This document shows positions 1 through 13,203 of a stretch of 38,258 bases of DNA, piece by piece. Every line of letters begins with the position of its first letter. The stretch's first letter is position 1. The DNA comes from Reclinomonas americana ATCC 50394 (Eukaryota). Location of the stretch: NCBI GenBank assembly GCA_048213135.1, contig PS015269.1:44490-82747 (forward strand), written 5' to 3'. A model generated the notes under the pieces. It was not told the origin of the DNA, made no database searches, and saw nothing but the letters and a program-made list of their open reading frames with translations. The position numbers were made by a program, and so were the translations under genes.

Positions 1-2191
1 AAGTGTGAGACAGCCAAGTTCAGCTGTATTTGTCGTCCCTCCTCTGAGTTCTGAGATTGTGGTAGCTGCAAGTGTTGAGAAGAGATCAGAGAGAGAGAGA
101 GATTTTGTGTGCAAGATAATGTTGTTTCCAATGCAATGCGGTGGAGCAAAGGCTACTAGTACTTCGCCTCTCGTTTGCAGATCTTGTCAGTCGTGATGGG
201 ACGAGTGGAAGAAGTCGTCTTTCGTGTCAACTTTGCGTGAGCCGGTGTCTCCCTTCTCATTTCGTCTGCCCTTCTCCAGGAGAGATCCGCTGCTGTCGGC
301 ACCATGCTTTGCGATGAGGAGCCGTCTGCGGAGACTGCCACCGCCGATGAAGGATATCCGCTCGAGTTGCGTCTCGCCGGACTTGTGTGCAATCTGTGTC
401 ATGACTAGGACTCACTGCATCGCACAGAACGGTGCAGCATCCTGGCTTTCCGTTCGGGTGGGATCTGGAGGTGGAAGAAGGGAGGCGGAGACCGCGGCCG
501 CCACACTTGCGATTTACAGCGACCAATGTCACACGGATCTTGTACGCGTATGTGGTGATTGGCTTGGTGACGGCGCAGTTTGTGTTTGGCGTGTGGTCCA
601 TTGTGGTGTTGTGGGACTATTCGCGTGCATGGGCCGGTTCGGTGCGTAGCGTGAATGCAGCACATCTGCTCGTCGTCCTATCCTGAACATCGACCCCGGT
701 GGCAGACGCTGGCGCTCTTGCTTTTGTCGCTGCTCTGGGTCTCCACCTTCAACACCATTGTCGTGTCGATGGAGGAGCATAGGAATCGGTGAGGGCATTG
801 CTGGGTTTCTCTCCGTCATCTTTGCTGCTCATCGCCTGGATGGCAGACCTCAACCGTCGGGTTGCCGACGATTCTGTTCGCGTTTTATCTTGTACCTTTG
901 CAGCTGCTGCGGTGCGTTTGTAGTTCACACGCCCTCGTGGTGTATGCTACTACTTATACATTTGCGCTGCAGTGGTGCCTGGAATCATCTATTCTGTGCT
1001 TCGCTTGGATGTGTTTCGTCCGAATCGGCACTTGGATCCGGTGAGGCAACCCGCAGTCGGTCATTCTCGTCTCTCGCTTGAGACTGACTGCTGTGCACAG
1101 GTCAATCCCGATCGCATCGAAACTCCACTCCTGCTTCCACTGGTGGTGTTGTATTTTGCTTTTCCTTGCGCCATTATGTTGCGTCTGTGAGCCTCTTCTT
1201 CTTCTTCTTCTCGTGAACACAGTCTCCCACGTCGCGCCTCTGCAGTTACATGCACGCCGTGATTGTCAGCCAGTATGACGAGCACTGGGTGCCGAGTGCG
1301 TTGCTAATCTGCTCCGTGGTGTTGACGCACTTTGGCTCCATGTCCTGGCAACGCAACATATATGGAGCGGACTGTTGCGTCCTCACCGTCTCTGTTTCGC
1401 TTTCCGCACTTTCGTCTCACTTGATGCGAGCAGTGGGCAAGGAATTGCGCCCGCTTCCGGCCGCCAAGTTTGCCGCAGTTTTCGTTCTGACGTTGTGCGT
1501 TACGTGCTCCTGTGTGTACGACAAAGTCGTCAGCTTTCTTCGTCTCACTCATTGAGCTGCGGAAGGCCGTTGACTGTCTTTGGATTCTTCCATTACGGAA
1601 TCTTCGCCGCTGTGTTTGGCCAGAAGCTGCTATGGGTGCTCATCGGTCTCGAGGTGATTTCGATTGCTTCTGTTTCCCCGTCCGACTACCCGCTACTGCC
1701 GCTAATGATCGATCGAGGGTGCCAACAGGCAGCCACCATCACCATGAGCTACCTTGTTGCAGCGGGCTATGACCGCGGTGCTGCATTCGTCTGTGCAATC
1801 ATCGCGGGCGCACTGCCGACCATGTACCTGATGCTGACGGGTCAAGTGTACCACGGCTACCGCCTGGTCACGGTCAGTGTCCTTGTAGCCTCCCCCCCGT
1901 CCCATTTCCTTCATCGTTTCGCGACTGAAGATACGTGCTGTTGTTGCTCAGCAAGAATACTGGAGGACCAGAAAGGGTAGCTTAATTGGATGCACGTTCA
2001 TCGCCATGTTGGTGTACACTTCGTGGTCCGTGTCGTCGTGGCTGTCGCTCCATCTGTGGAGCTCCTCCGATCGCCACTTGCAATACTATGAGTGGTATCG
2101 GTACGGATGGATCGTGCTGATGGCGCTCGCACCTGTGAGCTTCGTTGTGCAGGCGTTTGGTATCCCTCGAGATGGATACGAAGATGCCTGA
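1..2191 (+). CDS. Multi-pass (~10 TM) membrane protein, paralog A (possibly XK-related-like); 5' end unresolved or beyond window
   Basis: Manual exons 280-365, 428-641, 706-788, 847-911, 973-1040, 1101-1177, 1246-1373, 1434-1494, 1566-1653, 1729-1872, 1952-2191(TGA), all GT-AG and phase-consistent. Shares motifs WSIVVLW..RAWAG, PGIIY, YMH.VIVSQY..HW.P, PL.VFGFFHYGIFAAVFGQK and LTGQV with paralogs B and C. Confidence 0.85.
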
Positions 2192-2250
2192 GAAGATTCA
2201 TACATAAACACCGTAACTGATTTTACATTTCATAAGCTTCCGAGTCACTT

Positions 2251-4379
2251 CTAGTATTCTTCCATTGTCGTCAGCAGCGGGTACAGCGCCTGCACGCACA
2301 GCGACAGTGGTGTGGCGGCGGTGAGCACAATGGTAATCATGCGGTACAGTTCAAAGTGCGGCAGCGAGTCCGGCCATCGTGCGAGGGCAAACCACGAAGC
2401 CCCTATGAGGAAACCGCAGAGCAAGAGGGACAGCACGATGCAAAAGCCGTGCAACAGGCGTTGCGAAGAGCCAAAGTCGCGCTGCATGAACGCGCTCTCA
2501 GATGAACGAGAAGGATGGAGGAGGAGGAGGCAGAGGATTGTGACGCACCAGCAGTCGGCGGAAACCAAACCACACCTGACCGGTGAGAATTGTCGCAAAA
2601 CTCAACACCATGCCCACGCCAAAGATCGTCAGGCCCTCCCTGCGAGTGAGTCCGGTGTTGCAGAGGCATCCCATCACAAACAGGGCTATGCAGAACACAG
2701 ATGTCTGTGAACGATGGGCAAGTGAGGGAGGATAGCCAGGGCAGAGGAGCAAATTCGTATCACGACACCAACCGACCTCGGTGAATACCAGACCCCACAG
2801 TTTCTGGCCAAACACGGCGGCAAAGATGCCAATGTGGAAGAAGCCGAAGACGGGAAGGGGTCTGTCGGCGGGTGGTGTCAAGGAAAGGGAAGGGAGAGAG
2901 AAGGACGAGGGAGAAGGAGTGAGAAAGGGGCAGGAGGAGAAGAGATGATTGTGATGTACAACGAAGAAAAAGAGCGAAGGAAGGACAGAAAACCGAAGGG
3001 TATGAGACACGGAAGGTGGAACCGTGCCGCAGAATAGACCAGGGTGGAGTTGAGGGCGAAGAGACCGAGAGAGAGAATGAGGAAAGGACATGGAACGTGG
3101 ACCGTTGAAGAAGCAGAGTTTGCCATGGAGAGAGAGAGAGAGAGAAACNNNNNNNNNNNNNNNNNNNNNNNNNNNNNNNNNNNNNNNNNNNNNNNNNNNN
3201 NNNNNNNNNNNNNNNNNNNNNNNNNNNNNNNNNNNNNNNNNNNNNNNNNNNNNNNNNNNNNNNNNNNNNNNNNNNNNNNNNNNNNNNNNNNNNNNNNNNN
3301 NNNNNNNNNNNNNNNNNNNNNNNNNNNNNNNNNNNNNNNNNNNNNNNNNNNNNNNNNNNNNNNNNNNNNNNNNNNNNNNNNNNNNNNNNNNNNNNNNNNN
3401 NNNNNNNNNNNNNNNNNNNNNNNNNNNNNNNNNNNNNNNNNNNNNNNNNNNNNNNNNNNNNNNNNNNNNNNNNNNNNNNNNNNNNNNNNNNNNNNNNNNN
3501 NNNNNNNNNNNNNNNNNNNNNNNNNNNNNNNNNNNNNNNNNNNNNNNNNNNNNNNNNNNNNNNNNNNNNNNAAAGGACAAGGTGGAGTAGAGTGCAATGC
3601 GAAGTTGCCGACAAGCAAAACAGAGATTGTACGAGTGCATCATGGAGAGGCTGTATAACGCAACAATGTGACGATGAATAATATGGCCCACTTGATGAGT
3701 CGTTTGGGAGTAGCCTCGTTGAACACTGCACGGAAGCAGTGAGGCAATGCACAGGGCACTAAGCTATACCGTGCCTTCGAAATGCACGCAACCGCCGCTG
3801 GGTGTAAAGGCGATGGTTGTCGTGGCCATGGAGAAAAACTGAACAAATATGATGCAGACGCAGAACATGGCAAATGGCGCCCAGTGCTCCTGATATTGAC
3901 TGACAATGACCACGTGCATGTACCTGGTGGGTGGAGGGAAGGAGAGGGTAAGAGAGCCGTAAGAGGAGAGCACGTAGGATCGATGAAAATCAAGCAGGTA
4001 TGAGTGTGGAGAAGAGTGTGTGCAGGAGAGACTGTGAGGAGAGTGGCGATGCCAAACAATTGGGAGAGAGCGGAATGGGAGAGATACGATAGGGAGTGAG
4101 GACAGAAGGAGCGCGAAGCAAGATGAACGGCAGAAGCGAATGTTGTGTGCGCGAAGCAGAGATGAAATGAAGCAGGAACGAGGAAGTAGAGGAGACGAAA
4201 GACGAGAAAGACAGCTGTCAGCAAGAACGAATGTGAGGGTGTGCGTAACCAAGATGATCTGACGCAGAAACGAGGAAGCAGAGGAAAAGCAGGAAAAGAG
4301 GGACAGCTGTCCACAAGAGCACATGTGTGCATTAAACCAAGGTGAACTGAACCAGAAACGACGAAGTAGAGGAGAAGGA

Positions 4380-4422
<43 letters not shown>

Positions 4423-6321
4423 CAATGGCAAGAGCACATTGAGCGTGTGCGTAACCAACATGAACGGAACCAGCAACGAGTAAGCAGTGGAGAAGAGGGA
4501 AGAGAAAGAAAGCTGTTTGCAAGGGCACATGGGAGCACGTGCGTATGTATAACTGAAGCACAATCGAGGAGACAGCCGTTGCAAGAACACATGCGAGAAT
4601 GTGGTGCGCGCGAATGTGTGTGCGCGTGTGTGGGCCACTTACAAGAACGCTTGCGGGGCAATCAGCATGGCGCCAACCCACATCAGCAACTTGAACGTCA
4701 CTATTCGTACAGATTGTTCTGTAGTCTGTGCGGCCGCATCAACAATTAGTTGTTAGGCACACTCACCAACGCAGCTCAGCAGTAAGCAGACATACTTTTG
4801 CCACCACGATTTGCTTGCTGAAGACCTCAGAGTACAGCAGCGAATAAATGATACCGGGAGCGCCTGCAGTAGGCGTCAATAAAAAAACTGACCGGAGAGC
4901 ACGACATTGAAACATGCTCACCTGATATAAAACACACAAACATGGAAGGCTTGCTCATAGGCTTCATCAGCTTGCTGCTCACAGCGATTAGAAACGTGTG
5001 GGTGTCAATGGAGTCGCGACACACGAGTGCGTACCTCGAGCGATCGCCATACGCATAGTTGGACACGTTGACAGTGTCGGAGAGTGGACCCAGGCAAAGG
5101 AGTGTGGAGGCCAGCAGTAGGGCCAAACTTGAACCCGCCCAAGCCCGATTAAAGTTCCACAGCACCACGATGCTCCAGATGCAGAAGATATACAGCGCCA
5201 GCATCACATACGACGAGCAGATCGCCATCCAGTACCGCGTACACCAGTTTTGCGGGCGGAAAGTCATAGATTGGGTGGCAGTGGAGTTTGCATCTCGGGT
5301 TTCACTGCCGAGGGGCACCGACGAAATGTGGGGGTTGCTGTGCGCAGGAGAGGAGGGAAAGGAAGGGGGAAGAGAAGGAGAAGGGGGGAAGGAGAAGGGG
5401 AAGGGGGAAGGGGGAAGTGGGAAGGAGAAGGGGAAGGGGAAGAGGGAGGGGAAGGGGAAGAGGGAGTGAGGGAGAGAGAAAGAATGAGGAGGGAGGGAGG
5501 GGGAAGGAGAGAAGAGTAGACAGGAAGAGGAAGATGAAAGGAGGAGAGGAAAGGGGAGAGAGAAAGAGAAGAAGCAGAAAATGGATAGAGGGGGAACAAC
5601 GGAAAAGTGAGCAGCGCATGACAGGATACGGCAAGCGGAGCAGAGCAACGACGCACTGGAGAGAGTAGCTGCTCATGCGCAATCGCGATGGCTCGTCGGC
5701 GTGAGTCATGCGGCCAAGCGCCACATCGCAAGCGACACCCGTCTGTGAGAACGGCAAGGTAAGAGAGAGGGAGAGAGAGAGCGACAAGAAGCGATGAGAA
5801 AGAGATCACGCTGGCGCGACAGATACAGCAATGAGTATCAGACCATGCGAATATCATGCGGAATGAAACGTGAGTAGACTGCGACGCAGAATGAAAGAAA
5901 CGCACCAAGGGAGACAGATGACGGGATTTCAAACGCGGGCAATGAAATCAATCGTTGTAAGAAGACACGCAGCAGACGCGGAATGAAGCATACAAACGGA
6001 ATATGGAGACAGATTCAAACGAGGGCAATGAAACGTGAGAAGACTGCAGACGCAGAACGACATCACAGAAACAGAGAAACGCAAGATGGAGACAGATGTC
6101 GGGATTTCAAATGAGGTCAATGTATCATGAGAAGACTGCCTCGAAGGCATGCAACAGACGCGAAATGACAGCACAGAAGCATAGAATCGCACAAAGTGAG
6201 ACAGATGACAAATGGAACGAAACTGCATGACAAATGCAAAAATAGCGACAGCGATGTAAAATAAGCACAAGGCCCTCTCCATCGTCGCCTCCCTCTCCCT
6301 CTCTCTCACAAGACACTCAGT

Positions 6322-6362
<41 letters not shown>

Positions 6363-6989
6363 TTCCCACCCCACCTCTCTCTCTCTCTCTCTCTCCGAAG
6401 ACGCAACTTCCGCCACCTGCGCAGGCGACGGCAACTCGCCCTGCACGAGCACCACAGGCGGCGCCACCGGCACACTCGCCCACACCGGTCGCCCATTCAC
6501 CTCCCCCCCACCCATCGCCTCCTCATGCTCCGCGCCCACCAAATGCCAATGCCACCAAACAGCGTGCGGCGATCGCAACCAGGCGAACTCAAGCGGCACG
6601 ATATCCTCGTCGTTATTCAACATAAACCGTCGCAACGCAGGCGTATCGCGGAACGGATTCGTCGCCAGTGGAATGTACTCGTCGCCACTCGATATGTGCA
6701 CGATATCTCCCATTTGCACGTGGATATCATCGACTTCTTGTGTCTCCTCCTCCTCCTCCTGCTTGTCATTGGCGTTTCCATTGTTGCTGCTGTCGCTGGT
6801 GGAGGTGTCGTCGGTGTTGATTGAGGGCGAGAGAGTGAGAGTGGCGGTTGCGCGTGCAGGCATCTCGACCAAGGCGAGAGCGGGTGGTGGTGTCGCAGGG
6901 CGAGGGACCACGGTGGTGGTGCGCGATCGTCGCGTCATGTGGCGATCGCGCAGAAGGGGGGAACAAGAGACAGGCTGGCGACGGGACAT
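2251..6989 (-). CDS. Multi-pass (~10 TM) membrane protein, paralog B
   Basis: Large hydrophilic first exon (6989-6408, ...PPVVLVQGELPSPAQVAE), then 5742-5657 (VALGRM..DEPS), 5337-5035 (IWSIVVLWNFNRAWAG), exons with APGIIYSLLY, LIAPQAFL/YMHVVIVSQYQEHWAP, 3725-3665, PLPVFGFFHIGIFAAVFGQK, LTGQVWFG; stop TAG at 2251. Intron phases match paralogs A and C. Start codon uncertain. Confidence 0.85.
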
Positions 6990-7790
6990 CGTGATTGGGA
7001 CTCAATCAATGCGACATTGTCGTTCTGCGCCCTTGTCATCGGCATCACCAACCCAGAAACTGAGACGTCACATAAATAGCGCGAGAGAAAGTTGAAACGC
7101 TGCAAGAGAAACCACGGATGTAAGTGTGCACGTGACAAGAGTGGATTTGCTCGTTCTTTTGTACCAGAAAGGTTATGGTCGCACGCGTAAGCTCGTCTGT
7201 CTTGTGAGATCATCAGAACACAAACAACGCGAGGCTGAATGCGAAAGACAGTGCGCGTATAACTTCAGACTCGCAAAATCCATGTTGCTGACGAAAACTG
7301 GATGGAGCTTGTCGCCGACTTCCAACAGCATGATGATCACCATCTTGAAGGCGCACTGGGAACAGAGACGACACAGAAACGGCACGAGAGAAAGCCCTCA
7401 GTCTTTTCTGCAAGAGACAAACCGCGGCTTGCGACCAACATGGATTGTCGCCGAAAGACAGCACGAGGTGTTGGTGACCCTGTGCGTCCTCTCCCGTCTG
7501 CGCTCGACCCTCGACTCTTGTGCATTCACCGGTCGACACTGAGGAGGTCAAGAGTGGCAAAAAAACCTCCGTTCACACACCGAGCAACAATCTCGCGACC
7601 CCTCATCATACATGAAGCCGGCTGCCTGAAAACACCTCCTGGTATGGGACAAACCTGCCGCGCGCTGCCATCAAGACTAGTGACCATGAAGGCAGCTGTC
7701 TCCTGTTTGCTGGTGAGCGAAACGACGAGACAGTCCCGAGCGCAGAGAACAGTTGCTCTTTCCCGGAGTCGTCACATCGTCAGCCCCCAT

Positions 7791-10700
7791 TTACAAACCC
7801 GCTGCCGCCTCTACCTTTGCTTGCCTCTCATACATCAGATACTGATAAAGCATGGCGAGCGGTGCCAGCACCGACAGCGTGACGCACAGCACCCAGTACG
7901 TGTCATAGTAGTGCAACTCTGCTCTCCACCGACTGAGCGCCAGCCAACACGAGCCAATCGTGAAGCCGCAGACGGTTAGTGCCAGGGCGTGCATGCAAGC
8001 ACGGAGGCGAGTTGCGCCCACGTGCAACTCTTGCTGCGCGATGGAAACATTGGTGAGGGCAGCCAGAACAGCGAACGAGCAACAAAAGGACTTTGACTCA
8101 CCACAATGATACGAGCGCCAAACCACACTTGCCCGGAAATCATCAACATGCACACGTGGATGACGCCCCATGGAATCCACCACGTCAAATCACAACAACA
8201 CTTGCAGGGTTCCGCACAGCACCACGCATACACGCCGAGAAGGAAGGTGACGGCGCCGAACTGCGTGAGGAAGGGTAAGAGCAGTGAAAATAGAGGGGGG
8301 TGGAATGCATTGGCAACTCACCTCTACAGCTATCAGCACCCAGATCATCTTCTGGCCAAACACCAACGCAAAGAGGCCGTAGTGCAAGATGCCAATGACG
8401 GGCAGTGGTCTGCGAAGGAAGTCAAGCTAGTGCGGGAAGAGAAGGAGGGGGAGGAGGAGAAAAGGAGAAGATGAAGCACGAGAGGGCGGAAGAGAAGGTT
8501 AAAGAACAAAGAAGAGGTGGAAGAGAGAAAGATGAGGAGTATTTAAGACGAAGAAGATGAAAATGCAGGAGAAGGAGGGGGAAAGGAGTACAAAGTGAAG
8601 CAGGAAAAAGGAGACAGAGGAGGCAGAGGAGGGGAGCAAGAATAGAACAAGTAAAAGGCGGAGGACACGAAGTAGCAGTAAATAAGGAGGAGAAGAACAA
8701 GGAAAACGATGGAGTAAATACGGAGGAGGATAAGGGAGAAGGAGGAAGAGGAGTAGAAGAGGAAGCAGACGACGAGGAAGAAGCGGAGGAGGTGTGAGGA
8801 GGAGGAGGGAAGAAGAAAAAGGTGACGAACCAGAAGTGGAGGAGGTATGAGGCTGCAGGAGGAAAATCGGAGAAGATGCCGAAAAACACGGGGAACAAGA
8901 AATTGGAGAAGACGGAGGAGAAGGAGAAGAAGACGGAGAAGGAGGAGGAGAAGACGGAGAAGGAAGAGGAGAAGGAGAAGGAAGAGGGTTAAAAGACCAA
9001 AGAAACAGGGAAGAGAATCTTGAATGCACAAACGAACATGAGAAGGAACAAAACGCTCTAGCAGAACACGTAAAAAAGCGGTAAAAATACTATCGGAAGG
9101 AGGAGCAGCAAGAAGGAAGAACACGACCAGCAAGTAACCGACATGCCGAAAGCACTTGATCATAAACACACAGGTGGTATCTCCTTTCCACGCAACAGCG
9201 TAATAAAGTATGAGCTGAACCACCAGAAGAAGCCTCGATTCGTGACATCGTTAAACACTGCGTCGTCGGAGCGTGTGAGAATCAGAACCCAACGCGCTTC
9301 CACCCACAGCACTCACAACTGGTGAGCCTTGACGTCGCCGCGTGCAAACAAATGGACAAGTAATGCGCAGCGAGGATCGACACAATCAGGAGGGCCAGCG
9401 GTGCCCAGTGCCTGTCGTACTGACTGACGATCACGACGTGCATGTATCTGCGACAGGGCGGCGTAAGTCACCACTGCCTCACACTCGGGGTGGCAACGAC
9501 ACCGACGCAACAATATTAGGGAGACGCAAGCCGAGATGAGCATAACAAAGGCGACAAACGACGGAGATCGCATTGATTCTAGTCGCTGCTGAGGAGGTGG
9601 ATGCTGTGGCGATGGCGGCGATCAGCAAGCTATCGCACCGGCGAAAATCAAGCATTCATCACACGCAACTTCCAAGTCATCCCCGCCGTGTTCGATGATA
9701 TTGTCTTGAGCGCGATTAAACAAGTCCGACCGGAGAATGCCGTAGATCTGGCCCGGGAGTCCTGCCGCATGCAGATAAGCGTCAGAGAGGGACAGAAGAG
9801 AAGGAGGACGAAGAAAAATAAGAAAGAGGGCAGCGTCTCGCAAAGAAGAACGCACAGACGGCGAGAGGAACTGAGTAGGATGAAGACCGCAAACACAAAC
9901 ACACACACACACACACACATATATATAAACACACACACACACACACACGCACACACACACACACTGGGCCTTCACAGCATACACCACAGCTCTATACGTA
10001 GACAACTCACCAACAAGAGCACACATGCACATACAGCACGAATTGATGCGTGTACTGTCACTGCACTAGAGGTGAGTACGCGANNNNNNNNNNNNNNNNN
10101 NNNNNNNNNNNNNNNNNNNNNNNNNNNNNNNNNNNNNNNNNNNNNNNNNNNNNNNNNNNNNNNNNNNNNNNNNNNNNNNNNNNNNNNNNNNNNNNNNNNN
10201 NNNNNNNNNNNNNNNNNNNNNNNNNNNNNNNNNNNNNNNNNNNNNNNNNNNNNNNNNNNNNNNNNNNNNNNNNNNNNNNNNNNNNNNNNNNNNNNNNNNN
10301 NNNNNNNNNNNNNNNNNNNNNNNNNNNNNNNNNNNNNNNNNNNNNNNNNNNNNNNNNNNNNNNNNNNNNNNNNNNNNNNNNNNNNNNNNNNNNNNNNNNN
10401 NNNNNNNNNNNNNNNNNNNNNNNNNNNNNNNNNNNNNNNNNNNNNNNNNNNNNNNNNNNNNNNNNNNNNNNNNNNNNNNNNNNNNNNNNNNNNNNNNNNN
10501 NNNNNNNNNNNNNNNNNNNNNNNNNNNNNNNNNNNNNNNNNNNNNNNNNNNNNNNNNNNNNNNNNNNNNNNNNNNNNNNNNNNNNNNNNNNNNNNNNNNN
10601 NNNNNNNNNNNNNNNNNNNNNNNNNNNNNNNNNNNNNNNNNNNNNNNNNNNNNNNNNNNNNNNNNNNNNNNNNNNNNNNNNNNNNNNNNNNNNNNNNNNN

Positions 10701-11543
10701 NNNNNNNNNNNNNNNNNNNNNNNNNNNNNNNNNNNNNNNNNNNNNNNNNNNNNNNNNNNNNNNNNNNNGACATCGCAACGCACCATCAAAACGGACGCAA
10801 CAACTCGGGGTGCACGGCCGTGGAGTAATGCTCGCCGAAAGCGAAGACGGGATTCCACAGGAGCACCACGCCGAGGAGAAAGAAGGCCAGCGTCACGCCC
10901 GCCCACGCTCGATTCTCGTTCCACAGGATGATGATGCACCAAATGGTGAGCACGTACTGCGCAATGAGGAGCATGGAGGCACTGTAGGTGAACACGGCGC
11001 GGCTGAGCGTCGCCACCGACTTGATTTGCGATGCGGTCGCATGACGCGGCTGTGTGTAGCCACTAAATGATGTGTCGCTGTCCCGTGGCACCTCGCAGTT
11101 CTTGCGATGTGAGGTGAGCGGGCTGTGTCGCGCCGAAGAGGATGAGATGGGAGAAGGGGACGTAGGGGAAATTAGAAAAACGCAACGGCAATGCATATGG
11201 TCCGAAGCCAACAGACGGCTCCGCCACCATGGTCATGCGTCCGAGTGCAAAGTCCGCGGGCGTTTCCTGCGAGAGGGGGTGCGAGGAGAAGGAGGTGTGT
11301 GTGAGAGAGAGACTGCAATACAGAAAGAATGGAGAGGACAAACGAAGACAGCAGACCGAAGGATGGAGGAGACGGAAAGGAGAGTGCGAAATGAAGCAGC
11401 GCGAAGCAGTGTGCGTGGGAGAGAGAGAGAGAGAAAGTAAGAACGCTGCAGTAGTGAGAAACGAGAGGAGAAGATGGCGACCAGCAACGGAAGATAAACG
11501 CACATGAGATTGCGATACGAGGCTGCAGGGTGCAAGAAGCAGT

Positions 11544-11583
<40 letters not shown>

Positions 11584-12734
11584 CAGAGCGAGAAAGTAAG
11601 CAGTGACAAAAGAGAGGGGAAGATGGCAGGAGGTACAAAAGCGACACACATGAGCGTGCGATATGACGCACCACGAGTGCAAAAAGCAGTGAAAGAGAGA
11701 AAGAGAGAGGGGGGGAACCAAAGCAGCGACAGCAAGGAGGAGGCAAAGGAAGGAGGAGAAGAACATGAGAGTGCGACACGAAGCAGCGAGAAGCAGTGTG
11801 AGAGAGAGAGAAAGAGAGAAGGGGAGAACCGAAGCAGCGAAAGCAAGGAAGAGAGCAAAGGAAGGAGGAGATGGATCGGAGAGTGCGATGTGAAACATCG
11901 CGAGCGAGAGAAAGAACGCCGCGGCAGTGTGGACGGAAGCGACAAACATGGTCGTGCGATGCGATGCAGCACGAATGCACGAAGCGGAGAGGGAAAGAAC
12001 GCCGAGCTCACGAGAAACGAGAGAAGATGCCAGAAGAGAAGGACAGGAGGGACATGAGGCTGCAGGGTGCAAGAAGCAGTGAGATAGAGAGATAGACAGA
12101 GAGACAGAGCGAGAAAGTAAGCAGTGACAAAAGAGAGGAAGGAGGAGACGAACATAAGAGTGCGATACGAGGCTGCAGGGTGCAAGAAGCAGTGAGATAG
12201 GCAGAGACAGAGACAGAGACAGAGACAGAGACAGAGACAGAGACAGAGACAGAGAGACATCCTCCTCCCTCATCCCCTTCCTTCCCCTCCTCTTGGCAAC
12301 TCAACGAGATCCGCGCTCATCATCGCCGCCGGCAACTCGCCCTCAATCAACCGCAGTGACGGAGGCACCGCGGCTCTTCCCACCAATCCAAACGACGCTC
12401 GACTCGCATCATCGCTCTCCTCCCACTCTCCACTCCCATCGATCCACACCCACCACGCATCGTCCACAATCGACACCAACGGACGTGCAGCGCGCGCTCG
12501 CTCTCCCGCGCTTTCATCGCCCAAGAGAAAGCTGCGTGTCGCGCGACGAACGTGCACGTAGTCGCGTGCGGGATTGGGCACGAATGCCACTGTGTCTTGC
12601 ACCGCATTCTCCTCTTCTTCGTGTTGCTCGATCGCGTGTTGCTCTCGTGCGTCTGTGTAGTTGTTGTGTAGCGGGTTCGGCACCACGATGGTGGTAAAGT
12701 CGGCGGAGGTGGGGGAGACTGAGCGAGCGCTCAT
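7791..12734 (-). CDS. Multi-pass (~10 TM) membrane protein, paralog C
   Basis: First exon ~12734-12306 (PPSLRLIEGELPAAMMSADL), then FALGRM..AEPS, IWCIIILWNENRAWAG (11122-10802), 10060-10011, LPGQIYGILRSDLF, YMHVVIVSQYDRHWAP, PLPVIGILHYGLFALVFGQK, ISGQVWFG; stop TAA at 7791. The frame stays open upstream to 13115, so the start is uncertain. Confidence 0.85.
11400..12260. repeat. Intronic local duplications plus (GAGACA)n tract
   Basis: ggctgcagggtgcaagaagcagtgagatag occurs three times (~11521, 12058, 12171); hexamer tract at 12203-12258. Confidence 0.85.
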
Positions 12735-13203
12735 GCAAAAATACACAACGCGGATGAAAAGTGTCCTGCACGTGGTTGTGTGCGGTGCTGTCGGTGCGGG
12801 AGGAGTGGAGTAGTAGTAAGTGAGGGGTTGCTTGCATGGGTTCGCGAAGAAAAGCGTTGGGGAGAGAGCAAAGGCGATGTTTACATTCTCGAAGTTCGAC
12901 GTCGAATCTTTGAATCCCTCGACTCGACAAGCAATGAGGCTCCTGGCTTGCGTGGTATACGTATGTGATTCAGGCAACCCTTGCGAAGTACGTATATAGA
13001 GATGAACATGAAGCCACATCGCAGTCTGATCGACGTCGATGTAATGATTCAACCACGCAAGCCGCTTCCCTTGCGAATTCGTGATGCACTCGCACTGGTG
13101 GACGACTGTCTGCATCTCACTGCGTGACTGCTGTCAGTGGCGAAGAGAAAGCAATCGCCGGAGAGAGTCCCGCTGTATGTCCGGATTGCAAACTTAATCT
13201 CAG

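Noticed and set aside
8422-9223. Low-complexity Leu/Ser/Pro or Glu/Arg ORFs (also 3640-4681, 11063-12273, 15463-16298, 31636-32178)
   Set aside because: They lie mostly within microsatellite-rich introns and reflect composition only.
9601-11070. Long ORFs spanning N-runs (also 2498-3752, 18090-19823, 22959-23988)
   Set aside because: These are artefacts of translating through gaps.
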